Source of the DNA: Candidatus Marinacidobacterales bacterium
GTDB lineage: Bacteria > Acidobacteriota > Vicinamibacteria > Marinacidobacterales > SMYC01
Assembly (NCBI GenBank): GCA_965237955.1
Contig: OZ250169.1
Location: forward strand, 576,001-640,000
Direction of reading: 5' to 3'
Length of the DNA: 64,000 nt
Shown: piece by piece, positions 43,848 through 55,584 of the stretch
How positions within the stretch are numbered: position 1 is the stretch's first letter
Layout: each line of letters opens with the position of its first letter
Program-made: the position numbers and the translations under genes
Notes under the pieces: model-generated
Databases searched by the model: none
Seen by the model: only the letters and a program-made list of their open reading frames with translations
What the model was told of the DNA's origin: nothing

Positions 43848-45971
43848 ATGAACAACGCTGACGACAGACCCACAGTTGGTCGGGATTGGATCGCCTTCGT
43901 TGTCGCGTGGATCCCCTACTCGTTGTTGACCTATAGATTCTGGCACAACGTCGACGACGCCTTCATCAGTTTCCGTTACGCAAAGAACTGGGCGATGGGG
44001 TACGGACCTCGTTACAACCTAGGGCTGCAGCAACAGGAAGAGGGATACAGCAACTTCCTGTGGGTAGTCGTTTGTACGTTTATCGAGTACCTGGAACTCG
44101 ACATTACTTTCTGGGCACCGATGCTCGGTTTCGTCTGTGGTTCTTTGCTCTTGTACCTTGTTTTTCGAACGCTCCGGCGAGATTTCGACATGGGGCTTGG
44201 TGTAGCTTTCTCCATAACGCTGGGCCTGGGCCTTTTCCCACCTTACGCTTTGTGGTCGACGGGTGGTCTGGGCACCATGGCGTTCGCCCTTTCCATCTTT
44301 GCGACGGCCTACTTTCTTGTTCTGCGTCCGGCTGGCATCGCGCCTTACCGCGGTGCGCTCGCCGGCGTAGCCACGACATTGTTGCGTACCGAAGGCATTG
44401 CCTGGTCTTTGCTCATTGCCCTGCTGGGCATCATCACCCGACGGCTGAGAGGGGAAGCTGTCTGGCGACCGGTGGCCGTCTATGTCGCAACCGTGGGCAC
44501 TGCTTTTTTAGTCTATTTTGCATGGCGATACTCCTATTACCAGCTCCTTTTTCCCAATCCGGTCTACGCCAAGGTTGGTTTCAGTCCCGAGGTCGCACTG
44601 CGAGGCTTCCGATACGTGGCTGCCTTCGTTCTCACATTTGTGACACCGCTTCTATTGTTGCCGGCGGCTGGCTACGTGGCTTGGCGGGAAGCACCGAAGC
44701 CGGTAGGGCTTGTCCTCGGAACCTTGAGCCTGGCATTTCCCGCCTACGCTGTGATGGTCGGCGGGGATTGGATGGCTATGGGACGGTTTCTAGTTCCCGG
44801 TTTCGCCTTCGGAGCACTCTTGATGGGATGGTTGGTGGCTCGGTTGTGGGAACGCCTGTCATCGCGCCTTGTGGTCATGGCGGTAGTGATAACGACGATC
44901 ACGGTGGGTCTCCTTCCTGCGTGGAACGTGCATCTCGTACCCGACTCGGTGCGTCGCCTCTTTCATTTTCGTTACCTCAGTCCCTTCCGCACTGAGTATG
45001 AGAAGTGGAGAGTAGAGCCCAACTTTTTCACGGACAGAAAGGAAGAGGCTCTGGCACTGAAGGCGCATTTCACCCCAGGAGATAGCATCGTTCTTGGCAA
45101 GATCGGGCTACTCGGATATTACTCCGACCTACACATCTACGACCGCAGTGGCCTAGTCGACCGGCGCGTCGCGATGCGCCCCCGCACGCGCAATCCGCTC
45201 CGCATGCCGGGGCATGATAGCAAGGTCTCTACCGATTTCTTTTTCGCGGACGAGCCTACCGTCGTGCTTCACGAAAGGCTAGACGGACCTCCACCTAGCC
45301 GAAAGAATCCCGAATACCCGTTGCTTCGGCGTATCAGAATGAAAGCCGAGTCCTGGAGGAAATTGTCGGTCTGGCGACGTTACGTGCCGGAGGTTCTGCC
45401 ACTGGAACCGTCGCAGCAAGGTAGCCCTAACGTGCTCATAGTCCTGCGGTTGATCGAGGAAACGCCCCGTATCGCCACACTTTCCAGTCCACAGCGGCGT
45501 GCCGAAAGAGCCTGGGATGACTTTTTTAGGGAGTTGGATTCTGCTCTACCCTTTGTTGTACTGGCCTACACCAGCGGCTGGTACCCGAAGGAAACAGCTC
45601 CGGAATCGACGGGACGATGGACCCATCAGACCGCCACGCTGTCGTTTTTTAACCCGCAGGCAGACGCGACGTTCTCCCTCGACTACGCCGCACGCGCGCC
45701 GCAGACGGTCACGGTCAGCGTCGGCGACCAACTGCTGCAGTCATTCGTCGCCGATGCATCCGGGCGCCGCCGCCGCCGCCGTATTCCCCTCCCCGCAACG
45801 GCGCTAGGAAATGGGGACAGGGCTAAGATCCAGATCACTGTGGATCGGACGTTCGTGCCGGCGAATCTGATCGCGGGCTCACGCGACACCCGCGAACTTG
45901 GCATTAAGGTCTATCACGCGGCCGTTGAACGCGACCCCGTCCTGTGCCAAAACTCGGCCCTTTTGAAATAG
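43848..45971 (+). CDS. Polytopic GT-C-like glycosyltransferase (AftB-like); last residues supplied by repeat copy 16
   Basis: VDDAFISFRYAKN, EGYSNFLW, RTEG, PNPVYAK, GGDWM; many TM segments. Confidence 0.75.
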   Translation: MNNADDRPTVGRDWIAFVVAWIPYSLLTYRFWHNVDDAFISFRYAKNWAMGYGPRYNLGLQQQEEGYSNFLWVVVCTFIEYLELDITFWAPMLGFVCGSLLLYLVFRTLRRDFDMGLGVAFSITLGLGLFPPYALWSTGGLGTMAFALSIFATAYFLVLRPAGIAPYRGALAGVATTLLRTEGIAWSLLIALLGIITRRLRGEAVWRPVAVYVATVGTAFLVYFAWRYSYYQLLFPNPVYAKVGFSPEVALRGFRYVAAFVLTFVTPLLLLPAAGYVAWREAPKPVGLVLGTLSLAFPAYAVMVGGDWMAMGRFLVPGFAFGALLMGWLVARLWERLSSRLVVMAVVITTITVGLLPAWNVHLVPDSVRRLFHFRYLSPFRTEYEKWRVEPNFFTDRKEEALALKAHFTPGDSIVLGKIGLLGYYSDLHIYDRSGLVDRRVAMRPRTRNPLRMPGHDSKVSTDFFFADEPTVVLHERLDGPPPSRKNPEYPLLRRIRMKAESWRKLSVWRRYVPEVLPLEPSQQGSPNVLIVLRLIEETPRIATLSSPQRRAERAWDDFFRELDSALPFVVLAYTSGWYPKETAPESTGRWTHQTATLSFFNPQADATFSLDYAARAPQTVTVSVGDQLLQSFVADASGRRRRRRIPLPATALGNGDRAKIQITVDRTFVPANLIAGSRDTRELGIKVYHAAVERDPVLCQNSALLK

Positions 45972-45998
45972 ACCATTAATCAGCAGCTTAGTGTCTGT
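45936..45998 (+). repeat. Terminal repeat type A, copy 16
   Basis: Same ~60-bp sequence as copy 1. Confidence 0.95.
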
Positions 45999-46639
45999 AC
46001 TACCTGCGAGAGGAGATTCGGTTGCGTCGTGTCCGAAAATGCGAACGGAGCCAGAAAGCTCGAATCCTAGAGGCGTTCTCGAAATTCGCAGAGACCAGCC
46101 GACGGGGCACTGGCTCTGCGATAGGCGCTCCCGAGCAGACCTCTCATTCTAGCTCCTATTGCCAACCGAGCCTCAGACCTCCTGACATGCCCTCCTAGAT
46201 TTAAGTGCCTCTTTCGGCGCTAGACTGCGTATTCCAGCCATCGTGAACGCCGAATCCAGAGCAAGCTGAACAGCGAATCCGGTGAAGCCGAACGCTCATC
46301 GAAGCGATGAAGTGTTGGGTGACCTCCTTCCCACTGATTGAAAACGTGAACCTATCTTACCTGCGTGTTGTGTAGCAAGGGGCGGCAGGTCGGTGCCGGA
46401 GGGAGCGGGCGTAAGGAAAGACGCGAAGCGACCTTCCCGCTCCCGTAGGCAGCGACCTGCCGCGGCCGAACCCCGGGCGATGTGGGGCTGGTTTCGGGGT
46501 GTTGCTGGGGTATGGCCTGGCTCGAGAAGACGCTTCCTGAGGCATTCTCGCGCGTCGTTTTGGCGCCGCATCGTCTGGTACCCCGGGTTTGGCGGTTTCA
46601 CCCGTTTTTATCGCATCGACGCTGTGGTCCCTCGCTCGC

Positions 46640-47398
46640 TCATGCATCGGCGTTGTCAAATGCCTTTGGCGCAGCCTTGGTCTTTCTCAGAGAAGCTCCT
46701 TTGAGAGTGATGCGGTGCGCGCTGTGGAGAATGCGATCGCAGATAGCGTCTGCCTGGTTTGGGTCGCCAATCGCTTCGTGCCACTGCTTGAGCGGAATCT
46801 GGGTCGCGATGAGTGTGGAGCCACGCTCGGCGCGGTCTTCGATGACCTCCATTAGATCCCGTCTCTCCGATTCTTTCAGCGGGTGAAGCAGCCAATCATC
46901 GATAGCCAGTAAGTCCAGCTTGGCGAGTTTCGTCAAAAGCCGGGCGTAGGAACCATCACCACGAGCGACCGCGAGCTCGTGGAGCAAGCGCGGTGCTCAC
47001 ACGTAGCATCCGGTGAAGCCGCGACGACAGGCCCGCTCCACGAAGGCGCAAGCCAAGAACGATTTGCCAATCCCCGTCGGGCCGGTGATGAGCAGGTTAT
47101 GGCGCTCACCGACAAAGCGGCAGTTGCCCAGGCTCAAGATCTGTTCGCGGTTTAAGCCTCGAGGCGCTTGGAAGTTCACGTTCTCCAAACATGCCGGATA
47201 GCGGAGCTTTGCCGCTCGCAGTCGTCGAGAAAGCTTACGCTGTTCGCGGGCGGTCCACTCGGCATCGACCAGGAGTCCCACACGTTCCTCGAAGCTCAGC
47301 TCCTTGTATTCGCTCGAGCTCAACTGGGTTTCGAACGCGGACACCAAGCCGAACAACTTCATGGCGTTCATCTTTTCTATCGTTTCGGGTGTCAGCAT
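46640..47398 (-). CDS. istB: IS21 helper ATPase IstB (frameshift near 46997)
   Basis: GPTGIGKS, LLAIDDW, ADAICDRI. Confidence 0.88.
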
Positions 47399-48948
47399 CG
47401 GGACTCTCCTCCTTCGTAGTGATCCGCGCCTCGGATGTTCTCGTGCTCCTCTCGCGGTTTCGCTTCGGCGTCCGATTCGAGCACCACACGATCCAGACCA
47501 GCCGAGAGAATGTTTTTCACCGTGCGATAGCTGTAAGAGCTCAAAGCTTCCGCTCGTGCGCAAGCGGCCTCGAGACGCTCACTGCCCCAGCGGCTGCCTA
47601 GTCGCATGACTCCCAGGCAAGAGCGAAATCCCTGCTCCGGGTGAGGCCGACTCTCTAGAATCCCCGCAACCAGCCTTCCCGTGGCGCGACCTGACTGCTC
47701 CGCCCAGTGGAGCAGCCGCGACGGCGTCCACTCCAGGTGCTCCCGATGCGAACGTGGCATATGCTCCGGGTTCGTGGAGTAGTGCCCCTTTCCTTTCTTG
47801 CGGGGATGCGACGCGACGCGCTTTCCCTTGAACAGGACCTCCACCACCGAGGCCGTCACCCGTGCCTCGACTTTCTCGTGAATGAGCTGATAGGGAACGC
47901 TGTACAAGTTGTTCTCCACCTCCACGTGGTAGTCGATGTTCACTCTGCACCGCTTCCACGTCGATAACTCGTAGCTCTCCTGCGGTAGCGGTTTCAGTAC
48001 GGGCCGGTCTAGCCTTTCGTACAACTCCCGCCGACTCACACCGAGCTTCTGCATCGGACGCGCATTCAGGACCTCTAACTTCTCCCAGATGGCTTCGTTC
48101 AGTTCCGCCAGGCTGAAGAACGTGCGATGACGAAGCACCGCCAGGATCCAGCGCTGCGCCACCTGCACTGCCGACTCCACCTTCGCTTTGTCTTTCGGCT
48201 TGAACACCCGAGCCGGGACCACAACCGCACCGTAATGCGTCGCCAGCTCTTCGTACGTCCGGTTGATCCCTGGCTCGTAACGGTCCACCAAATCCACGCC
48301 GCTCTTCAAGTTGTCCGGAACCCAGATCTCCGTACTGCCACCGAAGTAATCCGACATCCCCTTATGGGCCTTCGCCCACGATTCCAGCGACTGGTTCAGT
48401 GTCGCTTCGACGTAGGTGTAACTGCTCGCGCCCAACGTCCCGACGAACAGCTCCATTTCGACGAGCTCTCCCGTTTTCGGATCGACGATGTGAGGCTTCT
48501 TCCCCGAAAAATCGACGAATGTCTTCTCGCCTGCTCGATGCCGTTGACGCATCGTCGGGTTCAGCTTCTTCTTCCACTGACCGTACAGCTCGCAATAACG
48601 GCTGTAGCCGTACGCTCCCGGCTTATTCTCCGCGTACTCCACCCACAGCTGCAGCAACGTCAGCTCTCGGTGACGCCTCAGCTCCTCGTGGATGTGGGCA
48701 TAGTCCAGACCCGGCCGTGCGCCAGACGAGCCCGGCGGCGGAAACAGCCCTGCCTCCAGCTCCCCGTCGCTCAGCTCCTCCGGGAGCGGCCAGCTCAGAC
48801 CACCCTTCTTCGCCTTGGCCAGGTACTCACTCACCGTTCCAACCGCCACGCGAAGTGCCTTTGCGATCATGCGGTGAGTAAAACCCAGCTCGTACTTTAA
48901 CCTTAGAACCTCTCGTATTTTTCTCATCGATAACCTCTTAGCTGCCAT
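47392..48948 (-). CDS. istA: IS21 transposase IstA
   Basis: MRKIREVLRL, FVDFSG, VPDNLKSGV, KDKAKVE, YSVPY. Confidence 0.93.
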   Translation of the reverse strand: MAAKRLSMRKIREVLRLKYELGFTHRMIAKALRVAVGTVSEYLAKAKKGGLSWPLPEELSDGELEAGLFPPPGSSGARPGLDYAHIHEELRRHRELTLLQLWVEYAENKPGAYGYSRYCELYGQWKKKLNPTMRQRHRAGEKTFVDFSGKKPHIVDPKTGELVEMELFVGTLGASSYTYVEATLNQSLESWAKAHKGMSDYFGGSTEIWVPDNLKSGVDLVDRYEPGINRTYEELATHYGAVVVPARVFKPKDKAKVESAVQVAQRWILAVLRHRTFFSLAELNEAIWEKLEVLNARPMQKLGVSRRELYERLDRPVLKPLPQESYELSTWKRCRVNIDYHVEVENNLYSVPYQLIHEKVEARVTASVVEVLFKGKRVASHPRKKGKGHYSTNPEHMPRSHREHLEWTPSRLLHWAEQSGRATGRLVAGILESRPHPEQGFRSCLGVMRLGSRWGSERLEAACARAEALSSYSYRTVKNILSAGLDRVVLESDAEAKPREEHENIRGADHYEGGESRC

Positions 48949-49160
48949 TTCCTAGATCGTCCTCCTTCCGGGTACGACCTAGAGTTGCCTTGAAACGTGC
49001 TATCGATGAGCGTTCGCGATGCCGGAACCGGCGTTCACGTTGCCTGGAATCCGTGTTCACCTTCCCCGGAATCCGTGTTCACGATGCTTTGGAATGGATG
49101 TTCACCTTCGGCTGGAATCTGCGTTCACGATGCCCCGGAATACGCACAAGTCCCTCGTCA

Positions 49161-49318
49161 TCACCGAGGAGGGCGAGTATCACCCCTCTGGTCCGTGTCG
49201 GCGTCAGATCTAGACGAACCTCTAGGAACCGGAACAACAATAGGCTTTTTATTGTTCATTGCCGCCCAAACCAGAGCCCCAATCCAGCCGATCGCCGTCC
49301 AACCGGCAAACAGGTTCA
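49161..49318 (-). pseudogene. Superinfection immunity protein C-terminal fragment
   Basis: LNLFAGWTAIGWIGALVWA. Confidence 0.65.
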
Positions 49319-49490
49319 GTTGCACATCTTGATCGACAGCAGCGGTCTCGCTGCCCACGCCGGCCAGCTGCGCAGAGCACCAAATAGCAGGGGGCTATCG
49401 CAAGCTCCATCTGTGTGTCGACGAGCAGACTGGCGAAGTCGTTGCCGGCGAGCTGACGAGCAAAAGAGCCCGCGATTCATCGCGGGCGGA
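49318..49490 (+). pseudogene. IS903-like transposase internal fragment
   Basis: LHILIDSSGL...RKLHLCVDEQTGEVVA (across a frame change). Confidence 0.6.
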
Positions 49491-49491
49491 A

Positions 49492-51195
49492 CGTGTCAAC
49501 AACTTTGAGACACCCGCGGACTGCATTTAGTGAGCCTCAATCAATGCAGTAAGACTCGTGGGCCCGGGGCGGTCACCGTCTGCGTGCGGCGAGATCTGGT
49601 CGCGTTGGCCTGAATCCGGGGGTACCCCAGGTGTGGACCACCTCGAGAAAGTGGCTCCGGCGGCCTCCTGGCGCGTCGTTTTCTCCGGCGGCGGGTTGAT
49701 CCAGGCCTGAGGAGGCAAAACGGGGGGCTGTGGCATTCCGCGAACGAAGCGTTCGGGATGAGCCCGATGAGCTTCGAGGAGGATTTGGCGCCGGGCAGTG
49801 GTGAGCTGTTCCGCGAGACCATCGTGAACGGCGGCCGGTGTCATGAGGCCGATTCCCGAGTGCCGGCGTTCGTGATTGTAGTAGTCGAGGAAGCCGCCGC
49901 AGAACAGCCGGCCGTCTTCGATGGAACCAAAACGGCTCGGAAACTGAGGGCAATACTTCAGAGTCTTGAACTGGGACTCGGAGTAGGGGTTATCGTTCGA
50001 GACGTAAGGTCTGGAGTGGGTCTTGGTAACGCCGAGGTCAGCCAGGAGCATAGCTACGGACTTGCTTCGCATCGAGCTGCCACGGTCGGCGTGGATGGTG
50101 AGCTGGTCTGGTTCGATGTTCTGTTTGCGGCAGCTCTCGCTGATGAGACGACGAGCGAGCTCAGCGCTTTCTCGTCGAGCCAACATCCACCCGGTCACGT
50201 AACGGGAGAAGATGTCCAGAATCACGTAGAGGTAGTAGTAGGTCCACTTGACGGGGCCACGCAGCTTGGTGATATCCCACGACCAAACCTGGTTCGGCGC
50301 TTCGGCCAGCAGCTCCGGCTTTTGATAATTCGGATGTCGCAGCTGGTTCCGGCGCTCTCGGACCTCTCCGTTCTCCGCCAGAATCCGATACATCGTGCGG
50401 ATCGAGCAGTAGTAGATTCCCTCGTCCAGGAGCGTGGCCCACACCTGAGCGGGCGCCTTGTCGACGAACCGCTCGGAGTGCAAGGCACCGAGAACCAGCT
50501 CACGTTCGGTCACATCGAGGGCTCGGTGCGACCGAGGGCGGCGTTTCGCATTGGACGTCACCGTCTGGCGCCTGCGATACAACGTGGAGCGAGCTATTCC
50601 AAGGGCCTCGCAGGCTTCCGCCGTCTGTCCAATTCGTCCCGCCAGCTCCTCGGCCGCCACCATCAATCGTTCTCGTCGCTGTCTGGTGGATTCAGGGGGA
50701 TCCCCAGAAGTTCGGAGGTTTTTTTTTGGATCTCTAGCATCGTCTCCACCCGAGCCAGGCGATGCTTCAATCGCGCGTTCTCGCGCTCGAGCTCCTTGAC
50801 CCGTGGATCCTCTGCCTTCGCCTTCCGTCCTCGCTTCCTCGATGTCAACCCCGCCTTGGCAATCTTGTCACGTTGGCGACGCCAACTCGAAAGATGCGAC
50901 GAGTACAGTCCCTCTCGACGCAGAAGAGCCGCAACATCCCCGTCACCCTTGCAAGCATCGGCCTCGCGCACTATCCGCAGCTTGTACTCTGCGGTAAAGC
51001 GTCGACGCTTCGCTTGCTCACTCACTTCGGGATCCGGGACCCCTGCCGCATCGCGGCCGGCGCGATCTGCAGTCGCCCTACGGGCTCCTTCCGATCCCGC
51101 CGGGGTCATTCTCTCAATCAACGTAGTCATTCATGATCCTCCTCCGCCCTCTACACTAATTTCAAGGGGCGAAGTGTCTCAAGGAGGTTGGCACA
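49492..51195 (-). mobile_element. IS3-family element, apparently complete (orfA 50663-51130, orfB 49527-50666)
   Basis: RRRFTAEYK; WSWDITKL, HADRGS, DNPYSE; imperfect IR containing TTGAGACAC. Confidence 0.92.
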
Positions 51196-52042
51196 GAGGG
51201 GGCGGGACAACCGCTCTGGAACAGACGAAGCCTTTGGATAAGAAGCTCTCAGTGTGGAGACCCGGGACATTCTTCGCGCATAAGCGCTCTCTTTACGTTC
51301 CGCGGTCCGTCGATAAAAGTGAGTACACGCTAACGATGGGGCTCGATGACAGAGCGACGAAGGCTGCTCTACCCGCGTTTAGCTCCAATGGTCGCCCCCT
51401 GGAAGGAGAGATCCAGCTCGGCTCCATCACGATAAACTGATCGAGTACTCAAATCCACATTGGAGATGCCGTCGAAAGAACGTGCAGTAAGAAAAGGGGA
51501 GGTCGGCGAACCCCCTGGCAGCACCTGGACCAGAACGTGCTAGGCTGCTACGCCCCGGTAGCCCCGGCCTCGATTCTGGGCCTCTGGGGTGTCATCAAAT
51601 CGCCACGCAGCTCCGTGCGTTCGACCTTGATGATGCGATCGTTCCTGCGCGTCTTGAGGACCTGGCCGTAGAAAATACAGATGGTTACCACGTGAAAAAA
51701 CGGCCCAATCAGCCTCAAAATGGCCCCAATTCCCTGTTATTCATGGTTGCCAAGCCGAGACCGGAAGACGCGTTAAGTCTTAGCGTCATCTCACCAACAC
51801 TTAATGGCGGAAGCACCGGCCGCACCGTCTTCGTTCTTGCCTGGGTCTCCGCCCGGGGCAGTCACGGCGGCCGCGTCTCGACCGTCGCGAGGGAGCACGC
51901 GAAAGCTGAGTCATAATGACGGCCGAGCAAAGGGGGCCCTTCTCGATCTGCTTCCTCAGCAGCGTTCAGTACGCGCAACCGCTCGACCCCAACGAGCGCA
52001 AAGAAGTTCCGGGCCCTGAGTGAGTTTGACCTCTGTCCACCG

Positions 52043-53533
52043 TTAATAATTGACGACACGTTCTTCCGGGACAGAGCGTCGGAATCGATTGAACAGAGTC
52101 CGTACTCCCTCTGCCGCAAGGACCGCGATGCACACGGTTGTCGAAGTCCGCATCCTGGTGTCCATCCCGGATGTTTGCGACGCCATCGTTGCTAGAGTGA
52201 CATAGCCGATGATGGTCAGTGTGATAAGAAAGCTAGGCCAGTCCTTCCGCTTCCATATGACGCCAAGCCCAATGCCGGCAAGCGCATACAACGAGAGATT
52301 GTAAATTAGCTCCAGCAAGGATGGCGCACCGTAAAGTGTACTGAAGCCATACATGGAAAAGAGCCCAACTGGAATCAAAGCGATGTACCAAAATGGATGC
52401 TCGAGGAAAACTGATATCGCGATGCGACGCATCGCTCTGACGCGTCGACCGTCCTCAGGTGCAAAATTCCGCCAGAAGTTTGACACTTCGAGCTCCTCCT
52501 GCGGACTGCCCAATCGCTCTTCCAGTTCCAACATAAACTGACGGCGAACGACATCGGGGGACACGCCCCCCCGTGCCCAGCGCTCCACGCTCGCGGCACG
52601 GTAGAAAAGCATGTTGAAGGTACTTACGGTGGTATAGGTGAATTCGCCAATAAAGGATAGATTCCGGCCGCTCCATACAAGCACACAGATGAGAGGGAGA
52701 ATCGCGAAGGCGCTGTACATCCGCCAGCGTAGCCGGACCAAAGAACAGAAGATGGGAAAGCAAAACAGGAACAGATAAATTGTCGTCGGCCTAGCGAGCA
52801 CGGACAATCCCAGCCAAAGTCCAGCAAGACTGGCATCTGACAATCGCTGGAGCTTGACGCTACGCGCCAACCAAAGCACTGACAGGGCGATAAACAAGTT
52901 TGCGAGAGACTCGGCTAGTCCCCTGGATCTTTGATTACTATACAAAGTTAGGCTTTTCGCCAGCCCATAAGATTCATAAGATTCATGCACTTAGAAGGGT
53001 TTCGGCAAGCTCTGCTTTATCTAGTTTGTTCTGATACAGGGGACTAGCACGTTAATGTTGTGCGCCGTAGAGGCAGGGTCGATCGCGACCAGGGCCCCCG
53101 CGACAACGCTGAAGGGAGTGTTGTGTATCAATCTCAGACCAACCAGGTAGGCAAGAGCGGCGGTGGCCGAGCCGAGCAGCGTGTTCGCGACGGCGACCGC
53201 TAGATGCGATTCACCGAAGATCCCATACAGTCCAGCGACGAGAAGCGGCATAAGCGGCGGCCGCGCCGCGAACAGATGGCTCGACCAGCCTGATCCACGC
53301 AGCAAATCCAACGCCAGGCTGTGATACGTATCGTCGGAAGAGAGCTCGAAAGGAGAGAGCTCTCGGGAAAGAGCAAAATAATAGAGACACCCGATACGCA
53401 AGGTGAGAGCACAGGTAAAAATGCCCCCAAGAATCATCCAGTCTTGTCTTCGGAGCGCCACGCCGCGAATCTCTGCCTTGCGGATACTACCAGAAACATC
53501 GTAGATGTTTCTATCTAATACTTCTCTCCAAGT
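52043..53533 (-). pseudogene. PMT/ArnT-like membrane glycosyltransferase interrupted by a MITE; 5' end abuts IS256
   Basis: SDDTYHSLA, RPPLMP; removing the MITE restores NVLAESLAN in frame; LARP. Confidence 0.75.
52915..53047. mobile_element. ~130-bp MITE inserted at CTAG
   Basis: CTAGTCCCCTG ... CAGGGGACTAG; AT-rich interior. Confidence 0.8.
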
Positions 53534-54086
53534 GGATCCGTCCCGCTTCCCGTGGAAATAAGAATGGCGTAACCTCCGGTTAAGCAAAACGAAACCGCGC
53601 CTGGAAAGGCGAGGAGGAGGATTACGCCATGAAGAAGCCTACCAACCATATCGAAGGAGTCTGTAAGCGAGTACCGGGAGTTCGTCCAACTTCGGCTGCG
53701 TAAGCGGGTACTGGAGGCGATCGAGGTCGTGCTCGAGGAAGAAGTCGACCAAGCGCTGGGGTGTGGTAGCTACGAGCGTGCGGAAGACCGCCGTGGATAT
53801 CGCAACGGAGCCGAAACCCGTCGCGTGACGACGTCGGTGGGAACTCGCGAGCTCCGGGTGCCACGAGCCCGCGTGCGAGACGAGGAAACGGGAGAGACGA
53901 CAGAGTTCAGGAGCGAGCTGTTGCCCCGGTACGCGCGCCGGACTCGTGAGGTCGACGAGGCGATCTTGGGGACGTACTTGTCGGGCGCGAATAGCCGCCG
54001 GATCCGCAAAACGCTGAAACCACTGCTCGGTGAGGAGCACCTATCGAAGAGCGCGGTGTCTCGCGTGGTTAGCCGGCTGAAGGAGC
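53534..54086 (+). mobile_element. IS256 copy 3, frameshifted and truncated
   Basis: Matches the left part of the other IS256 copies up to CGGCTGAAGGAGC. Confidence 0.9.
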
Positions 54087-54212
54087 TTGAGCGAGAGAAC
54101 CGTGAGCTAAAGCGGGCAACGAGCTCCTTCGCAAGGCGTCGGCGTTTTTCGCCCAGGCGGAGCTCGACCGCCGACCGAAGTGAAGGTATTGTTCGTAGAC
54201 GAGAACCGTGAG
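54074..54212 (+). pseudogene. IS3 orfA/orfB junction fragment
   Basis: Matches orfA at ~17175-17217 and continues into ..FAQAELDRRPK*. Confidence 0.8.
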
Positions 54213-54254
54213 AGTCCACTGCCCGCAGCCGCCTAGCAACATATCTGGACTCCT

Positions 54255-54550
54255 CTAGTCAAGCCCCTTTCTTAATAAATCTTCCATCGAAGCTGCGCAT
54301 CCATCGCGTCGTGACGAGTGGGTCAGACTGCAAACGTATTCTTCGGCCTCAGTGAGGAGCGTCTTGGGTGCTCCGGGCCATGATGGAAAATCCGCGCGCG
54401 AGGAGCCAATCACTTTGAACGACCTCTTAGGGCCAGTGTTGCTATCGGCTTGACCCCGCGCCGGTCCGACCGGTACGCCATCAGTTGGATGGGTATCGTC
54501 GCAGCCTCTTTTGGAAGGGAAAAAGGAAAACACGAAAGTGGAGCCTCTAA
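54255..54550 (-). ncRNA. Predicted seekRNA/bridge RNA of the IS1111 element
   Basis: Structured non-coding region after the transposase stop; contains UAGCAACACU (complement of target) and UUCCAUCA (complement of element end). Confidence 0.75.
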
Positions 54551-54552
54551 GT

Positions 54553-55584
54553 CTAAGCGGCCATCGGCGACTGGAATTCACTCTCGCGGGTGGAGACGGC
54601 CCAGACGATCCGGGCGAGTTTGTTGGCGACAGCAATCACGGCCTTGTTGTGTCCCCGCGAGCGGTGGACCTTCCGAGCCCAGGCGCGGAGCTTGTCGGGC
54701 GGGCTCTTACTGACGTTCGCCGCGCGGAGCACGGCGCGCCCGCCCTGGGTGAGGAGCATACGGAGGTAGGAGTCGCCACGCTTGGTGATGCGTCCGAGGC
54801 GGCGAATGTCGCCACTGGAGTTTTCCTTGGGAACTAGGCCGAGGTAGCTCGAGAAGCGGCGCCCCGATGGGAAGCGGCGAAGATCGCCGACGAAGCCCAC
54901 GATGGCGGTCGCGGTCAGAAGTCCGATGCCGGGAATGGCGAGAAGTCGTTGGACTTCAGGAAGCTGCTTGGTGAGCGCCTTGAGCTCGTGCTCGATGCCA
55001 GCGCACTTGTCCTTGAGTTCTCGAATCTCGGAGCAGGCATCACGGAGATGCGAACGGAGCACGTCGGGCAAATCAGAATCAGCGTCTTCGACGAGTTCGA
55101 AGAGGGCGGGCACGACGAAGTGAGCGCCCTTTGGGATGATGAATCCGAGTTCGCGCAGGATCCCGCGTACGGCATTGATGCGTGCGGTCCGTGTGGAGAG
55201 CCATCCTGAGCGCAGGCGATGGAGCGCGGCGAGGCTGTGCTGGTGCACGGACTTAATGGGCACGGGAAGAATCTCCTCGTTCCTGTAGGCCTCGAGCAAC
55301 GCTTTGGCGTCGGCGCGGTCGTTCTTGCTCCCGCGTCGATAGGGCCTCACGAGGTGAGGTGGGAGCAGGACGACGTCGTGTCCCAACCTTCGGAACGTCC
55401 TTGCCCAGAAGTGAGCAGAGCCGCAGGCTTCGAGAAGCACGGTGGCAGCGCTCTGTTTGGCAAAAAACGACACCAACTTGGGTCGACTCACACGGAGTTG
55501 CTTGGACACCTTCCCCGCTTCTCCCGAGATGGCAATCTCGAAGACGTTCTTTGCAAGATCCACAGCGATCGTCGTATCTTTCAT
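54553..55584 (-). CDS. IS110-family RNA-guided transposase/recombinase
   Basis: AVDLAK, LEAC, KNDRAD, IPGIG, GLVPKENSSG, AVANKLARI; GGAGG upstream. Confidence 0.95.
   Translation of the reverse strand: MKDTTIAVDLAKNVFEIAISGEAGKVSKQLRVSRPKLVSFFAKQSAATVLLEACGSAHFWARTFRRLGHDVVLLPPHLVRPYRRGSKNDRADAKALLEAYRNEEILPVPIKSVHQHSLAALHRLRSGWLSTRTARINAVRGILRELGFIIPKGAHFVVPALFELVEDADSDLPDVLRSHLRDACSEIRELKDKCAGIEHELKALTKQLPEVQRLLAIPGIGLLTATAIVGFVGDLRRFPSGRRFSSYLGLVPKENSSGDIRRLGRITKRGDSYLRMLLTQGGRAVLRAANVSKSPPDKLRAWARKVHRSRGHNKAVIAVANKLARIVWAVSTRESEFQSPMAA

Larger units (their letters stand above)
46226..49146 (-). mobile_element. IS21-family element
   Basis: TGCGTATTCC.../...GGAATACGCA ends with ~22-bp subterminal repeats; istA-istB. 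Confidence 0.93.

Noticed and set aside
26850-47000. Frameshifts in M20 (~26855), sulfatase-like gene (~37080) and istB (~46997) as programmed recoding or phase variation
   Set aside because: No clear slippery or repeat tract; sequencing error or simple mutation cannot be excluded without reads.
49005-49146. Tandem ~22-bp repeats
   Set aside because: These are ordinary IS21 subterminal repeats, without unique spacers.
49758-51440. 560-aa plus-strand ORF
   Set aside because: Antisense shadow of the IS3 element; only the last ~80 codons may be a real gene remnant.
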